Of a DNA stretch of 64,000 bases, positions 17,191 to 37,628 are shown piece after piece. Position 1 is the first letter of the stretch. Each line of letters starts with the position of its first letter. A program made the position numbers and the translations under genes. The notes under the pieces were generated by a model. The model was not told the DNA's origin. It saw only the letters and a program-made list of their open reading frames with translations, and did no database searches. The DNA comes from the human T2T-CHM13v2.0 reference genome, Homo sapiens, in NCBI RefSeq assembly GCF_009914755.1, contig NC_060947.1; one strand, written 5' to 3'.

Positions 17191-18084
17191 GCTTAAAGAA
17201 AAGTCACGGAGGCAATGAATTTGCTCTGAGCACTGCTTTAGCACTTTAAATTCTACTATGAGTTATTTTCATTACCATTAGAGCCTAGGTATACTGTAGT
17301 TTGGGTTTTTAAAAAATGTCCAGGTGGTAGGGTATTTCAAAAGAATGATTCCAATGTTAATCTCTAGTTTTTGCATTGTGATCAGACGATGTTGTCTGTT
17401 TTATTTACATGTCTTAGAATTTATTCAGGTCTTCCTTGACATCAATTTTGTAAAACTTCAAAAGGCACACGAAAAGATGATATGTTTTCTGTTCTCAGGA
17501 TACACAGTATATTTTCAGGCTACAGAGTTTTACTCCCATTAAATCTTCTATAATAAGTATTTTATTTGGGTTTTCTCTATCTTTACTTTTTGTTGTTTTT
17601 ATTCATTTAAGTGACTGTCATAGACTACGAGAAGTAAATTAAATTTCATATGTTTATGTTCTTCCTTATAATTCCTATAATTTGATACTCAAACTGCCAA
17701 AGACATAACACATAAGCAAAAACAAAGTGACAGACCAATAATTTCTAAATGTTGGAAAACAGAATTCATCAATATATTAAAATAATAACATACTATGACC
17801 AAATAGGGTTTATTCCAGGAATGAAATGATGACTTAATTTTATAAAATCTATTATTATAACTCAATATATTAATAGTTCAAAAGAGAAAAATATGACTAT
17901 CTCCATAAAGTCTGAAAAAGCATGTAATTCAATTGAATATCCATTGATTTTAACAAATTCTGAAACAGGGACAGAAAAACACATTGTAAAAACTTCAGTC
18001 TAAACCTAAAAGCCAATACCATATTTAATCAGGAAATAGAATCAAGATATTATATAACTTCCAAAGGCTTACTACTGTTTAGAT

Positions 18085-18420
18085 TATTTTATTTATTTAT
18101 TTATTTGTGTATTTATGTATTTATTTATTTATTTTGAGACAGAGTTTCGCTCTTGTTGCCCAGGCTGGAGTGCAATGGCGTGATCTTGGCTCACTGCAAC
18201 CCCTGCCTCCTGGGTTCAAGAGATTCAAGGATGCCTCAGCCTCCTGAGTAGCTGGGATTACAGGCATGTGCCACCATGCCTGGCTAACTTTGTATTTTTG
18301 GTAGAGATGGGCTTTCTCCGTGTTGGTCAGGCTGGCCTCAAACTCCTAATCTCAGGTGATCTGCCCGCCTCGGCCTCCCAAAGTGCTGGGATTACAGGCG
18401 TGAGCCACTGCATGCAGCCT
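18085..18420 (-). mobile_element. AluSq/Sp-like
   Basis: tttcgctcttgttgcc diagnostic, TSD about tttagat(t/a)atttta. Confidence 0.92.
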
Positions 18421-18685
18421 ATTTAGATAATTTTATAACAAAATATTAGCAGTATCTGTTATCTTGATTGTGAAGACTAGCCTACATTTAGTCAAAGTTA
18501 AAGCTTGATTAAATTAGACATTAAATCTAGTGATCTAAGATTGATAATATTATGTTAAACAATAATAAAATATTTAATGCTATACTTTCATATAAAGCAA
18601 AGTAAAAAATATTCTTAATCTAAGTAGTGTGTTACAGAGTCAATACTGATATAGAGTGGGGAAAAAATCAGCTCTTAAAGAATCA

Positions 18686-19005
<320 letters not shown>

Positions 19006-19121
19006 CATTTGACTGGTTATCAAGTACTGCAGTGGCACAAATTTCTGGTGACAAAAGACTTGTTTATTCGATTCTAAGCTCCTTTCAAACTGTGTTACCA
19101 AACTTCCAGTTCCTACTGTAC

Positions 19122-19194
19122 CTGTTTGTTTCAGGAAATTATGGATGTCATTGCATGTCTGGATCTCCTCAAGTGCACGACTCAGGAACATGGT
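19122..19194 (-). CDS. TEX11: TEX11 coding exon (73 nt, phase 0->1): [24 protein letters not shown](G)
   Basis: Acceptor gccaaacAG, donor CAG|GTacag. I did not find the next expected exon (…TFSNDSCEKLL) in 1-19121, so it presumably lies beyond the window. Confidence 0.93.
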
Positions 19195-20425
19195 CTGTTT
19201 GGCAACAGTGCAACAAGTTAATTAGTCCCAACAAAAAAGAACTTTAAGCAAATTAATATAATCTCATATCATTTTCATTAAAAACAGGTAAAAATAAATT
19301 AATAGAAAAATGATAGTTTAAACTGAACATTTTGGAGTTTATATAGAAATATTAGCCTCTATTTGCACATTTCCTTACTGTTTCAGAAAAATGAGGATTA
19401 AATAGAAAATCTTGAGCATTATCAATTTCTTTAACAATCTAGAACAGAAGAGAAACACTTCTAGAATGGTTGTGTGAGGAGCTCCATGGATCCTCTCCTC
19501 AGCAAAACAATCATCATAACTAGTGAAAATTAGAAAACATAATCATGTAAAGGCTCAGGAAATTGCCCTGAGGGTATACAGAAAATGAAGAAACATTTAT
19601 TCCAGGAAATCTACTAAGTCTTAGTAAGAACAGTAAGAGCCTGTGACATTTAAGCTATGATTCACTCACCATCCGCCAGCTCAGTGTGATGTAAGCACTA
19701 CTTTAGGTGGGTGTGGCCAAGAAGATAGGACTCTCTCTACCTCCAGTTTCTGGGCTAGGGATTCTCTGAAGGGCCAGAATGCTGGCACTTCTCATCCCCC
19801 CAGATCTCTATTGTAGAAGCTCTATTATAAACAAGCATAGCTCAGAGGCCTAGAACTCTCTTTCTCTACCCAGCCTCTATTTGTAAGGCAAAAGCTCTAT
19901 CCCAGGCATTGCAAGCTCAGGATCCTGGGTCTCAATCTCATCTCATCTCAGCTCTCTCATCTCAGCTCTCATCTCAGCTGCTTATAGGATAGAGTGTCCA
20001 TGCTGGGAGCAGCAAGCCAAGACTATCAGGGACTACAACTCTTGTCCAGTCTTCCACTCATACAATTGGATTGTCACTCTGACAGAAGTGGGCCACTGTC
20101 CCTGCCCCTAGCTCCAAAACAGTGGTTCAGTTTCTGCCCAGTAGGAGAGGCAGATCTATAGCACTCCCTAAAGGAAATGACTTTAATTGGAACAGAGCGT
20201 GGGGAAGTTCAAGTCTAAGGACACTGTAAAAAATCTTGGAGATTTTGGTAGTGAGCAATTAAGAGGAGATTGATAGCTCAATGATATTAAGAAGAAAATA
20301 ATAGACCAACTAGAAGTTTATAGAGAGAAGTATGTGAAGAGACAGCTAAGAAGATTTCTATTCCTTCAAAGGGGTCTTCTTTTAATTGGAACAGGCTGTG
20401 GGGCAATTTATGCACAAGAGCATTT

Positions 20426-20427
<2 letters not shown>

Positions 20428-20467
<40 letters not shown>

Positions 20468-20480
20468 ACGCACACACACA
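20428..20480. repeat. (CA)n/(CACG)n microsatellite
   Basis: Directly visible. Confidence 0.95.
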
Positions 20481-21988
20481 GTAATCACCTAGCAATTAGT
20501 CAAGACTAACAGCTGGATGTGCTACCAATAGAAGAAGGTCATCTAGAAGCTTAAGAGGTCAGATCAGGAAAAGAGTAATAAAGAACTCTCCTAAAATCAC
20601 TGTCATCCTTTACCAGAGGGAGGTATAAGCAGTCTTTGCACAGGCAAAGACTGTGCCTTCCAAAGAGTGACATCAGAGTCTATGTACCATGGGGAAAATA
20701 GACTTCACTATTTCCCTATAGCTAATTCACTAAACAAATAAAGAAGCAAACATTAACATCCACAAACCCCATGGGGAGATCAGTACCCAAAGATACTACA
20801 ACATATTATCTAAAACGTCCAGTTTTCAACAGAAAATTACAAGATATGCAAAGAGACAGGAAAGTGTGACTTCTACATAGGAAAAAAGCAGGTAACAGGA
20901 ACTGATTTTGAAAAAGCCCAGATGTTAAACTTAATAGACACAGAATTCAAAGCAGCTATTTTAAATATATTCAAATACTAAATGAAACCACACTTAAAGA
21001 AAGAAGGTATGATAAAAATGTTCATCAAAAATGAATCTCAATAAAAGGATAAAAATTATAAAAATCAGATGGAAATTCTGGAGTTGAAAACTACAATAAA
21101 TGAAATTTTAAAACTCACTAGAGGGTATCAACATTAGGTTTGACTTAGCAGAGGAAGCAATCAGCAAACATGAAGATAGATTAGCAGAGATTACAAAATA
21201 TGAGAGCAGAATGAAAAAGAAAAAAAATAAACCAAGCCTCAGTAAAACATGGGACACCATTAGGCACACCAATATACCCATAATGGGATTACCAAAAGAA
21301 AAGGAGCGAAAAAGAGAAAAAATATTTTAAACAAATGGCTGAAAATTCCCTAATTTTGATGAAAAACAATAATCTACACACTCAAGAAGCCCAAAAAACT
21401 CTAGGTGGGATCAAGAAACACAAAGATATCCAACCAAGATACATTACAAAATGGTAAAAGACAAAGAAAAATTTGAAACTAGCAAAGAGAAACATGACTC
21501 GCCACATGTACGGGTGATTAAGATTAATAGCTGATTTCTCATTAAAAACAATAAAGGCCAGAAGGCAGTGGGACAACATATCCAAAGTGATCAAAGAAAA
21601 ATAAAAGTCTACTAATAATCTAATACCTAGCAAAACTATTATTCAGAGAAGGTGAAATAAAGATGTCCCTGGATAAATAAGAGCTGAGAGAATTCGTTGC
21701 TAAGAGACAATCTTTCAGGCTGAAAAGCAAGTAATGCCAGGCAGTAATTTGAATCCAGATGAAAAAACAAAGAGCACTGGTAGCATTAATTATATAATTA
21801 TAAAAGATAGTATTAATATAAATGTATATTTCTTCTTCTCTTGTTTTAAAAAAACAATATATATACACATATATGTGAATATATATTTGTATTGTTGGGC
21901 CTCTGATATATAGAAATGAAATATATTTGACAATAACAGCACAAGAGGCAGGTGGGAAGAAAGTTGTTTTGGAGTAAGAAAATGAGAC

Positions 21989-22347
21989 TGATATGGTTTG
22001 GCTGTGTCCCCACACAAATCTCACCTTGAATTGTAGTTCCCATAATCCCCATGTGTGGTGCGAGGGACCCAGTGGGAGGTAATTGAATCATGGGGGCAGT
22101 TTCCCCCATGCTATTCTCGTGATAGTAAATTCTCACAAGATCTGATGGTTCTGTAAGTGGCTTCCCACTTCACTCGGCTTTCATTCTCTTTCCTGCTACC
22201 CTGTGAAGAGGTGCCTTCCATCATGATTCTAAGTTTCCTGAGGCCTCCCCATCCATGTGGAACTATGAGTCAATTAAACCGCTTTCCTTTATGAATTACC
22301 CAGTCTCAGGTATTTCTTCATAGTGTGTGAGAGAACAGACTAATCCA
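21989..22347 (+). mobile_element. THE1 (about THE1C) solo LTR
   Basis: TG…CA termini and a perfect 5-bp TSD gagac (21984-21988 / 22348-22352). Confidence 0.93.
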
Positions 22348-22456
22348 GAGACCATATAGTAACTCTAATCTACAGGAAAAAATGAGGAAAAGCATAAAAG
22401 GTAAGTAAGATGCTTAATATAAGAAACCATAATATATACTTTCTTCTCTAAGTTTC

Positions 22457-22750
<294 letters not shown>

Positions 22751-25297
22751 TTCTTCTCTGAGTTTCTTTAAAATACTTAAAATTCTATAAAGTGATACTA
22801 TAAGATGTATTGTTGTGTTTGGAGCATATATAGATGTAATGTGTGTAACAAAATAGCATAAAAAAAGAGGAGAGAACAGAGCTAATAGGAATAGCATTTC
22901 TATATCTCACTGAAATTGGGTTTATAATCTGATGTAGATTCTGATAAATTAAGATCTATATTGTAAGCCCCAGAGTGACCACTAAGAAAATAACTCAAAT
23001 ATTGTGTAAAAATCATTAAAAGAACAAAAATGTTATATTAGAAAACATTCACTTAATGCAAAAGAAAAGAGTAAAGGAGAAAATCAGGAATAAAAAATAC
23101 ATGAGATATATAGAAACCAAAAAGTAAAGTGGCATAAGTAAATTCAACCATAAAAATAGTAACATTAAATGTGAGTGCATTAAACAACCCAATAAAAGAC
23201 AAAGATTATCATATTGAAACAAAGATGACCCAACTACATTCTGTCTACAAGAGACACATATTAGGTTCAGAGACAAATAAATAGGTTGATTGTGAAAGGA
23301 TGGAAAAAGTTATGTTATGGAAACATTGACCATAAGAATGTTAGGGTGACACTACTAAAATAAGACAAAAATAGACTCTAAAACAAAAAAAAAATTACTA
23401 GGAACAAAGAGGAAAATTTTATAATGTTAAAAGGGCCAATCCATTGGAAATGTATAGCAATTATAAACATATATGACCTAACAACAGAGCCCCAAAAATA
23501 TAAAGCAAAACTGGGTAGAATTGAAGAAAGAAATAGATACTTCAACTTTTATTAGTTGGAGACTTCAATAGCCCACTTTAAGTAATGAATAGAATAAGTA
23601 GGCAGAAAACCATCAAGGATATAGAACACTTGAACAACACTATCAACCTACTAGACCTAATAGCCATAAAACATTTCACTAACCCAAGTAGAATGTACAT
23701 TCTTCTCAAGCACATATGCATGGCACTTTCTCTAGGATAGCTGACATGCTAGGCCATAACACAAACTTCAAATAAATTTAAAATAATTGAAGTCACAAAG
23801 TATGTACTCTGACCACAGTGGAATAAAATTTAAAATCAGCAAGAGAAAACAATTTGGGAAATTCACAAATATGTGAAAATTAAACAACAGATTCCTAAAT
23901 AATAAATGGGTCAAACAGGAAAACATAATTAAAATTAGAAAATATTTTGAGATGAATGAAAAAAATACAACATACCAAAATGTATGGGATGCAGTTTAAT
24001 GCAGTTCTTGAAGGGAAATTTATAGCTGCAAAAGTTGATATTAAAAAAAAGAAATATCTCAAATCAGTAACTCCAAGTTTTACCTTAAGAAGCTGTAAAA
24101 ACAAAGCAAATTGAACTGTAAGCAAGCAGAAGGAAGATTTGAGTGGGAATTAATGAAATAGAGACTAGAAATGCAATAGAAAAAATGAAACCAAAAGTTG
24201 TTCTCGAAAAGAACAACAAATTGATATACTTTTGTCTATACTGACCAAGAACAAAAAGAGAGAAGACACAAATAACTAAAATTAGGAGTAAAAGAGGAGG
24301 TATCACTACTGACCTTACAAAAATAAAGAGGACTATAAGGGAATACTATGAACAACTGTAAACCAACAAATTCTATAACTTAGATGTAATGGATAAATTT
24401 CTAGAAAGATAAACTACTAAAACTGACTCAAGAGGAAATACAAAATCTGAAGAGACTACAAAAAGTAGTGAAAAATTTATAATCTGAAAACCACAAAACA
24501 TTGTTGAAAGAAGTGAAAAACCTAAATAAATGGAAAGATATTCCATGTTCATAAATCAGAGGCTTTAATATTCTCCCTAAACTGATTTACAGTTTCAATG
24601 CAACCCCTATCAAAATCACAGCTGGCTTTTTTGCAGAAATCAACAAGTTGGTCCTAATGGAAATTCCAGGGACCTAGAATAGCCAGAACAATCTTTAAAA
24701 AGAAGAACAATGAGGGGGGACTAACACCTCCCTATTTCAAAATGTACTACATAAAGCTACAATTATCAAGGCAATGTGGTATTGCCCTGAGGATAGACAT
24801 AGATGTCAATGGAATAGAATTGAGAATAAACCTTCTCATTTGTGGTCAAGTGATTTTCAACAATGGCACGAAGATAATTCAAGGGGAAAAAACAGTCTTC
24901 AACAAATAGTACTAGGACAAATGGATATTCAAATGCAAAACAATAAAGTTGGACCCCTATCTCACACCATACACAAAAATTAACTCAAAATGGATCACAG
25001 ATCTACATGTAAGAGCTGAAAATATAAAAAACCTTACAAGAAAACATTGAGGTAAACCTTCATGACTTTGGATTAGAAAATGGTCTTAGATATGATAACA
25101 AAATAAATAAAATGGATATCATCAAAATTAAAAATGTATTTCAAAGGGCACTAGCAAGAAATGGAAAAGACAAACCACAGAACAGGAGAAAATAATTGCA
25201 AATCATGTATTTGATAAGAGTATAGTATAAAGAATATATAAAGAATTATTACAACTCAGTGGTAAAAAGACAAATAGGCTAATTTAAAATGAGCATG

Positions 25298-25560
<263 letters not shown>

Positions 25561-26456
25561 AAATGCAAAAAGATTTCAATAGATATTTTCCAAAGAAGAT
25601 ATACAAATGGCCAATAAACACACGAAAAGATTCTCAACATCATTAGTCATAATGGAAATGCACATCAAAACCACAATGAGGTATCAATTTATACTCACTA
25701 GGACGGCTATAATTAAAAAGATATAATAACAAGTGGTGGCAAGGAGGTGGAGAAATTGGAATCCTCATTCAGTCCTGGTTGGAATGTAAAATGGTGCAGG
25801 TGCTTTGAAAAACTCCAGCATTCCTCAAATGATGAAACATAGAGTTACTGTATGACCCAGCAATACCAATCCTAGGTATATTTCATATTGAAAGAAATGA
25901 AAACAGATTTCCATGCAAAAATTTGTACATAAATTGTTCATCACGGCATTATTCACAAGAGCTGAAAATTGGAAACAACCCAAATGTCCATCAATGGATG
26001 AATGGATTTTAAAAATGTGATATATTTATACAATGGAATATAATTCAGCCATAAAAAGAAATGAAACACTGATACATGCTACAACACAAAGAACCTTGAA
26101 AATGTTATTCAGGCATTTATACAAGGAGCCAGTCAGAAAAGACTACACATCAAAAAACATTTGACTTTCGTGTAAAATATGATGATGATGACATTTATAC
26201 GAAATATCTGGAATAGGCAAGCCTATATAGACAGAAAGTACATGGTTGCTTAGTGCTGGTGGCAGGCAATGAGAAGTGATTGCTAAGTGGGTAAGGGGTT
26301 TCTTTTTAGGGTGATAAAAATGTTCTAAAATTAGATTGTATCAACAGTTGCACAATTCTAAGAATATTCTAAAAACCAATAAATTGTATACCTAAGTGGG
26401 TGAATTATAAGGTATGTGAATTATGCCTCAATAAGTCTGTTAAAATATAATCAAGG

Positions 26457-26665
26457 ATAGGGATCAGGACACTTTTTGTACAAAAGGCCAGACAGTAAAT
26501 ATTTTAGGCTTTCCTAGCCATATACAAATAAAAGAAAAGAAATAAAGAAAATAAAGAAATAAATAAATAAAATAAAGAAATATTTTTCTTTATTTTCTTT
26601 ATTTTCAACTACAACCCCCCAGGGGCCTGATTTGGCCAGCTGGCAGTAGTTTACCCACTCCTGCT
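26457..26665 (+). mobile_element. MER58A-like hAT MITE whose middle is replaced by an AT-rich tract
   Basis: Left end …aaaggccagacagtaaatattttaggcttt, right end gggcctgatttggcc…gtagtttacccactcctg. Confidence 0.7.
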
Positions 26666-26889
26666 CTAGGAAAAAGGTGTGGTTCCTTGACAAATTACAA
26701 TTAGAATATGTTTTTTACCTATCCCTCAATTTCTCCTAACTCATACTCAGAAGGGTAGAGGCAATGTTGATAAAACTATGCAGTCCATCTATATTCCTTC
26801 ATCAGCTACTTATTTGGAAATATTCCCACTTATGAGGGTTTAGAGAACAGGGAGCAGATGTATACAACAGAAATCAACAAGTATTCTTT

Positions 26890-31330
<4,441 letters not shown>

Positions 31331-32772
31331 TGATAAAAGGCAGAAGTGCATCTTCAATTATGTATATAGACATCCTTTCAAAAGCAAAGAAGATTATAGA
31401 AAGGTTACTAGTTTAGAGAGTTCTGAGAAAACACAGAGGTGTACATGAGAAAGAACACAGAATAAAAAAGAACGGTAGTTAGAAACAAACAAAATAATGA
31501 TTGTACTTAAGAGTTTGTGAAATTTCCCCCACATCAATTTGATCTCTATTCACTAAGATAAAAAATTAAACAAACTCAGGATTACCAACCAAAAAGGAAA
31601 AACTTTTAGAAATTTAAAAGCACTATATAAAAATAAGATGTTATTATTATTTTTTAGTAAAGCAAAAGTCCCTATTGAGAATTAAATTACATTTACCTTT
31701 GCCTGTTAAGTAGAATTTTTGTTTGTTTATTTTGCTCTGGGGCAGGTAGAGTCTTTTCTCATATTCTTTTAAAATAAAAAGACTCTTAAAAGAGGGCCCC
31801 CTTTACTCCTCAGAGGCAAGGACTTTGGCTTCTTTATCTCTGTATCCCCAGTACCTAGAAAAGTGTCTGGTGCTCAAATGTTTTTTGAGTTGAACTCAAC
31901 AATGGAAGGGAAAAGAAGCGAAATAGTTGGCATAGCTCTGGTGAGAGTTTGTTTCAGATCCAAAGAACAATATGAAATAAGAGATTAACAGGAGGAAGAG
32001 AATAAACAGCAAAGGGTTTATATTACTTGGAGAGGAGGGAAGGTGACAAGTATGGGAGATTAGGAAGTTTTCTTTGTCCAGGTACGAGAAACCAAGCAGA
32101 GAGATCTAGATCTTAAAAATCATACAAAAATGCTATTGGTCTGATTTGGAGACAATTTTCTTAGATTGAAAGAAGAAAGGTAAACAGCTAAAAGCAAACC
32201 AATAATCTGGTGTATGGGAGACGGTGATATTGATAGCTCCTAAAAGGGGTAACATTTAAGAATCTGATAGGGGAATTCAGGCAAAGGTAAGGAATTCTGT
32301 CTTGTAGAAATTAAGTTAATGAGATATTTAAGGATGTGGGAAAAAGAAAGCAAATGCAATTGAGAGAAGAAAAACCAGATAAGTAATAATTTCAGATGGC
32401 TATCAAAGCTATGGAAACAGATGAGTTCTTCCTTAGAAGATGTGGTAAGAAACAAAAGTGGAGTCCAAACGCGTATATAATCACAGGCAGACAATGAAGA
32501 TAAAAGATATTTAAAAACATTTTTGGAAAGAGTGGTCCATAGGAAGGGGAATTTTAAAAGAAGAGATATCTAATCTTCTTAAAAGAAGAGGCCACACCAA
32601 AAGTAACCTTTGCTTAGGAAGGAATTAGCCGTTACAAACTTTTGAAATCAAGACGATGCTGGAGTGGAGAAAAGGATTCTCTAAAGAGAATCAAAAAGAA
32701 CTGCATCAGGGAAGGCAAACATATCAAATAGCACACTGAACTCTTGTCTTTTCTTTGAAGGTTGCACATTAC

Positions 32773-32889
32773 CTGTTCAAAAGCTGTTGAAGCTTTTCTC
32801 CCTTGCTCTAGATCAACTGCAACTGCCATAAGTAAACATGTTTTCCGTGCAATCAGAATTACTTGATCAGAAGGACAAAACTGGGACAT
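32773..32889 (-). CDS. TEX11: TEX11 coding exon (117 nt, phase 0->0): [39 protein letters not shown]
   Basis: Acceptor cttcttatcAG, donor CAG|GTaatg. Lies inside ORF 32632..33018. Confidence 0.95.
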
Positions 32890-33574
32890 CTGATAAGAAG
32901 TAACCAGAACATCAATGAATAGTGAGAATTCTGCCAGGTGAACACAAACAATCAGAATGAAAATCAGCAACTTCCTGTTTGAATGAGAAAATTCAGCTGG
33001 AAAAGCACATGTCACCATAGAAATGATATAAACTATAATACTGATTTATGCTTTTAATTTTATATTACTTTCCATTGTTTTTAGTACCTTCCTAGAGATA
33101 AAAAGCTTCATTTCTTCACAGTATTCCTATCTTTTCCAGTGACAAGTAGTATCATTCGCCCTTGTATTTCTATCTAGTGATTTACTTCTTGGTTTATGTT
33201 GTAATTTGTAAGTGATTTTTCCCCTGGCAAATAAGATTTCCACCTTTGTATTGAATAGAGCCAAAATTAGTTCATATATTGTCATGGTTGAAAGAGGCAT
33301 TGTCAAATCTTGACAGGCATTAGTCATGACCTCATCATTAACATTGTATAGTTTTAGGAAAAACTCCCAGCTACTACAATAAAACTCTAGGCCATTTGGA
33401 TTCTTACACGCCAATCCTACAAGTCCCATCACAAATGCCAAAACTAAAACCAATTTATTTCACTTAATTAAAATGGCAGTTATGCCTAAACTTGCAAAGA
33501 CTATTTCTTAATCTCCCCAAACATTCAGTGATCATAATCATCATTGTTATTAAATTAATAGCATTTTAAGACAA

Positions 33575-33670
33575 CCAATCTCTTTAGGTCTCTGATTACT
33601 CTTATGTGAGATGAAGGAGTTGTGCTAGATAGTCTTTATAGTTCTTTCTAGCTCTAAAACTCTTAACATT
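33575..33670 (+). mobile_element. MIR3/MIR fragment
   Basis: …gtgagatgaaggagttgtgctagatagtc…tctagctctaaaactct. Confidence 0.55.
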
Positions 33671-34318
33671 TAATTGATCTCAACATATCATACTGTGTAT
33701 TCCTGAATGTGTATGAAGGATATTCTTTAGTCCTTCTCCTTTTATCTTCCTGTCAATACTTGGTCCTCTTTCTGGCATTTAACCTCTACCTTGGAGGCCA
33801 ACGACTATTTAAAAATGCTTATAATTAAATAACAAACTCACAAATCGCTACACTCAGGACCTGCTATAGGAAAGTTATAAAGGAGGCCTAAGCTTCTTAT
33901 CTCTTTTTTCAGCCCCTGCTATCCCCAGATACTTATTCTATGTTCTTGTAGACTTATTCCCATAACTCTTCATAATGTGTTGGTAATTAACAACTACTTA
34001 GAGTATTCCCCTCCTAAAGATATTTACATTTTAATATAGGACTTTGGGAGGCTGAGATCCCTTCAAAGGCAAAGAAATAAGTCTTAAATGGTAGAACTTT
34101 AGGCTCCCTGATGAATGTTTCTGATATTTTGGTATAGAAAGATATGCCCCACATTCTTATGTTATACCCTAAAAGGAACAAATTCTTCTTAGGTCATTCC
34201 TGCTTATATATATATTAAAAGTTCCTAGATCAAGAGACAATCCTAGTCTATATTTAGCCCTTTACTATAGCCATAGTGGTTATAGCCTTGTTGTGGTCCA
34301 TACATGAGATACTTATTA

Positions 34319-34408
<90 letters not shown>

Positions 34409-34644
34409 TTAACATGAAATAACATAATAATATGAAATTATGAAAATCTACCATTTAGTCTGTACCATTACAATTTCTGATACTTACACCTTTGATATTA
34501 ACATACTAGTAAGGGGTTTCTCAAGGTTTAAACAACTAACTTTAGGTTTTAAAGAAAAATTTTCCAGGTAAATTTAGAGACCCTCGTCAATTCCAATCTT
34601 CAACACTAGACCAATGACCAAGGGAGGTACTGCTGAATTTTTTA

Positions 34645-34962
<318 letters not shown>

Positions 34963-35449
34963 ATTCTTAATTGACACTAATCTATCTAAAAATGAAGATC
35001 AACATGGATAGAGCTCACTAACTCGCAGTGGTGAAAGTAAGTTAAAATTCACCTAAGAACAAGGTACACTGTAATCAAGAGTTGAGAAAAATTACTGGAG
35101 AGATTCATATCTTCCAAAGAGCAGTAGAAGCCCTCATCAGGCATCAGTCAGCATCATCTTCCCCTTGGAAAATCCAAATTAAAATGCAGTAAAGTAAAAA
35201 CATTCCTTTTCAAACCTTCAAAAGATTAAAGTCACCAAACTTGTCTATATTTTAAATGTTTGTTATTTTTCATTATTTGCATCAGTTTCTTAGAAGTCAG
35301 ATTGCAGTATTCATTCCCTTTCTCCCAGGATTAAAGCCCTATTAAACCTCATAACACAGGGAGAGGTTCATGTAGAATCAGTCCACTTTGTGGCACTGCT
35401 GCTTAATTGCTCATGCTTACTTATCACTGTAGTAACTGCCTCCGCAAGT

Positions 35450-35800
35450 TTTAAAATCATTTTTATTGAAATAGAGCCATTATAAAGTATATTACACAAC
35501 TCATAATTGTACAGCTTGATGAATTTTCACAAAGTGGACATATCCATGCGTCTGGCACCCACATTAAGAAAGATCTTGAACATTACCAGAAACCCTGAAG
35601 CTCCTACAACTTTCAAGTCCAACTCCTTTTCCAGGGTAACCATTATCCTGACTTATAACACCATATATTAGTTTTGCCCATTTAAAAAATTATAAATAAA
35701 ATGAACAACACAATATGTATTCTTCAATATCTAGCTTCTTTTGCTCAACATTATGTTTGTGAGATTCATCCATATTGTTGTATATAGTTCATTTTTGGTC
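35450..35800 (-). mobile_element. L1ME/MD 3' fragment
   Basis: gtacagcttgatgaattttcacaaag…ttttgctcaacattatgtttgtgagattcatccat. Confidence 0.7.
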
Positions 35801-35831
35801 AATCACACTCAGAAATAAATTAAGTATTCTA

Positions 35832-36186
<355 letters not shown>

Positions 36187-36229
36187 TCATTAGTTTCATC
36201 TTAGACCCATTTCTATAGAAAAGGGACAC

Positions 36230-36583
<354 letters not shown>

Positions 36584-37474
36584 TTATTTTATACTCTAGC
36601 AAAATTGTTTAATCCTGCTTTAAGAACAGTCTCACAGGAGTTTGAATTTAGAAAGTTCTTTTTTGTGTATGTGTGTAGGGGTGCATACCAAAAGTAATTA
36701 AAATGACAGAAAGCATTACCAAGTTCCAAGAAGTTGTTAACTCAAACTCTGGGGAACAAACATGTCTTTGGAGAGATTTATAATTTTAATTAGTGCAATC
36801 ATTCACCACCTGAGGTAGAAAGATATGATTTACATGTGAGGAAATAAAAAATAGAAACAATCGTTTAAAAGACTGAACTGGAGATTGAAAATTAGAAGGG
36901 TATCAATATGCTGGCATAATATTTACTGAGCCAGCAAGCTCAGGACAGAACCAGAATGTGCTATCACTATCAGAAGGCATTCTCTTTCTGAGAAATAAGA
37001 ATGCCAACCAGCAAAGTTTTTCTCTTTTGAAAAGAAGTGGTCTGGTTTCTAAACCACTTTGCTATGTTTAACACCCTGCTGACAGGTATTTGAGGTATAA
37101 AATTGAACTACTGCACTGAGCAGGATAGAATTTCTAAGATATGAACTTTTTGGTGTGTTTTGGACATAAGGAAAGAGGTACATGGACAGTAAAAATGGGA
37201 GATCTGTTAAAAGGGATGCCATGTAAAAAAGCATGTAGTTAGAAAAAAAATGTGATACAACTAGGAGATTAGCTTGAATAAAGTGGACAGGGAAAAATTA
37301 TTAGTAGATAAGGGAGATGGCACAGACTTGGGTGGACAGCTTCAAAATAAGAGAATATGCAACCTGAATTTGATTCAGAGGGTATGAAAAAAACAGCAGG
37401 GTTCAGAGTATTTTTATTTGTCTTGATCTTTTTTCACCTGTTCAATTCTTAGGTTAGGATCAAGTGGCTACTAG

Positions 37475-37628
37475 AAAAGAAAGGTAGAGGGACAGGGAGG
37501 GAGAGAAGGGAGGAAGGGAGAGAAGGAAAGGAAAGGAGGGAGGGAAGGGGGAAGGAGAGAAAGAAGGAAGGAAGGAAGGAAGAGAGGGAGGGAGGGAGGG
37601 AGGGACGGGAGGGAGGGAGGGAAGGAAA
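37475..37628. repeat. Polypurine (GGAA)n/(GGGA)n tract
   Basis: Directly visible. Confidence 0.95.

Noticed and set aside
19935-19980. Short tctcatctcagctc repeats (also ttatctagtcac x2 near 5727)
   Set aside because: Ordinary micro-duplications with no further structure.
32632-33018. 128-aa ORF as a larger exon
   Set aside because: Only 32773-32889 has splice signals and TEX11 similarity. The open flanks are probably chance. The same applies to ORFs 37471-37971, 56757-57083 and 18865-19191.
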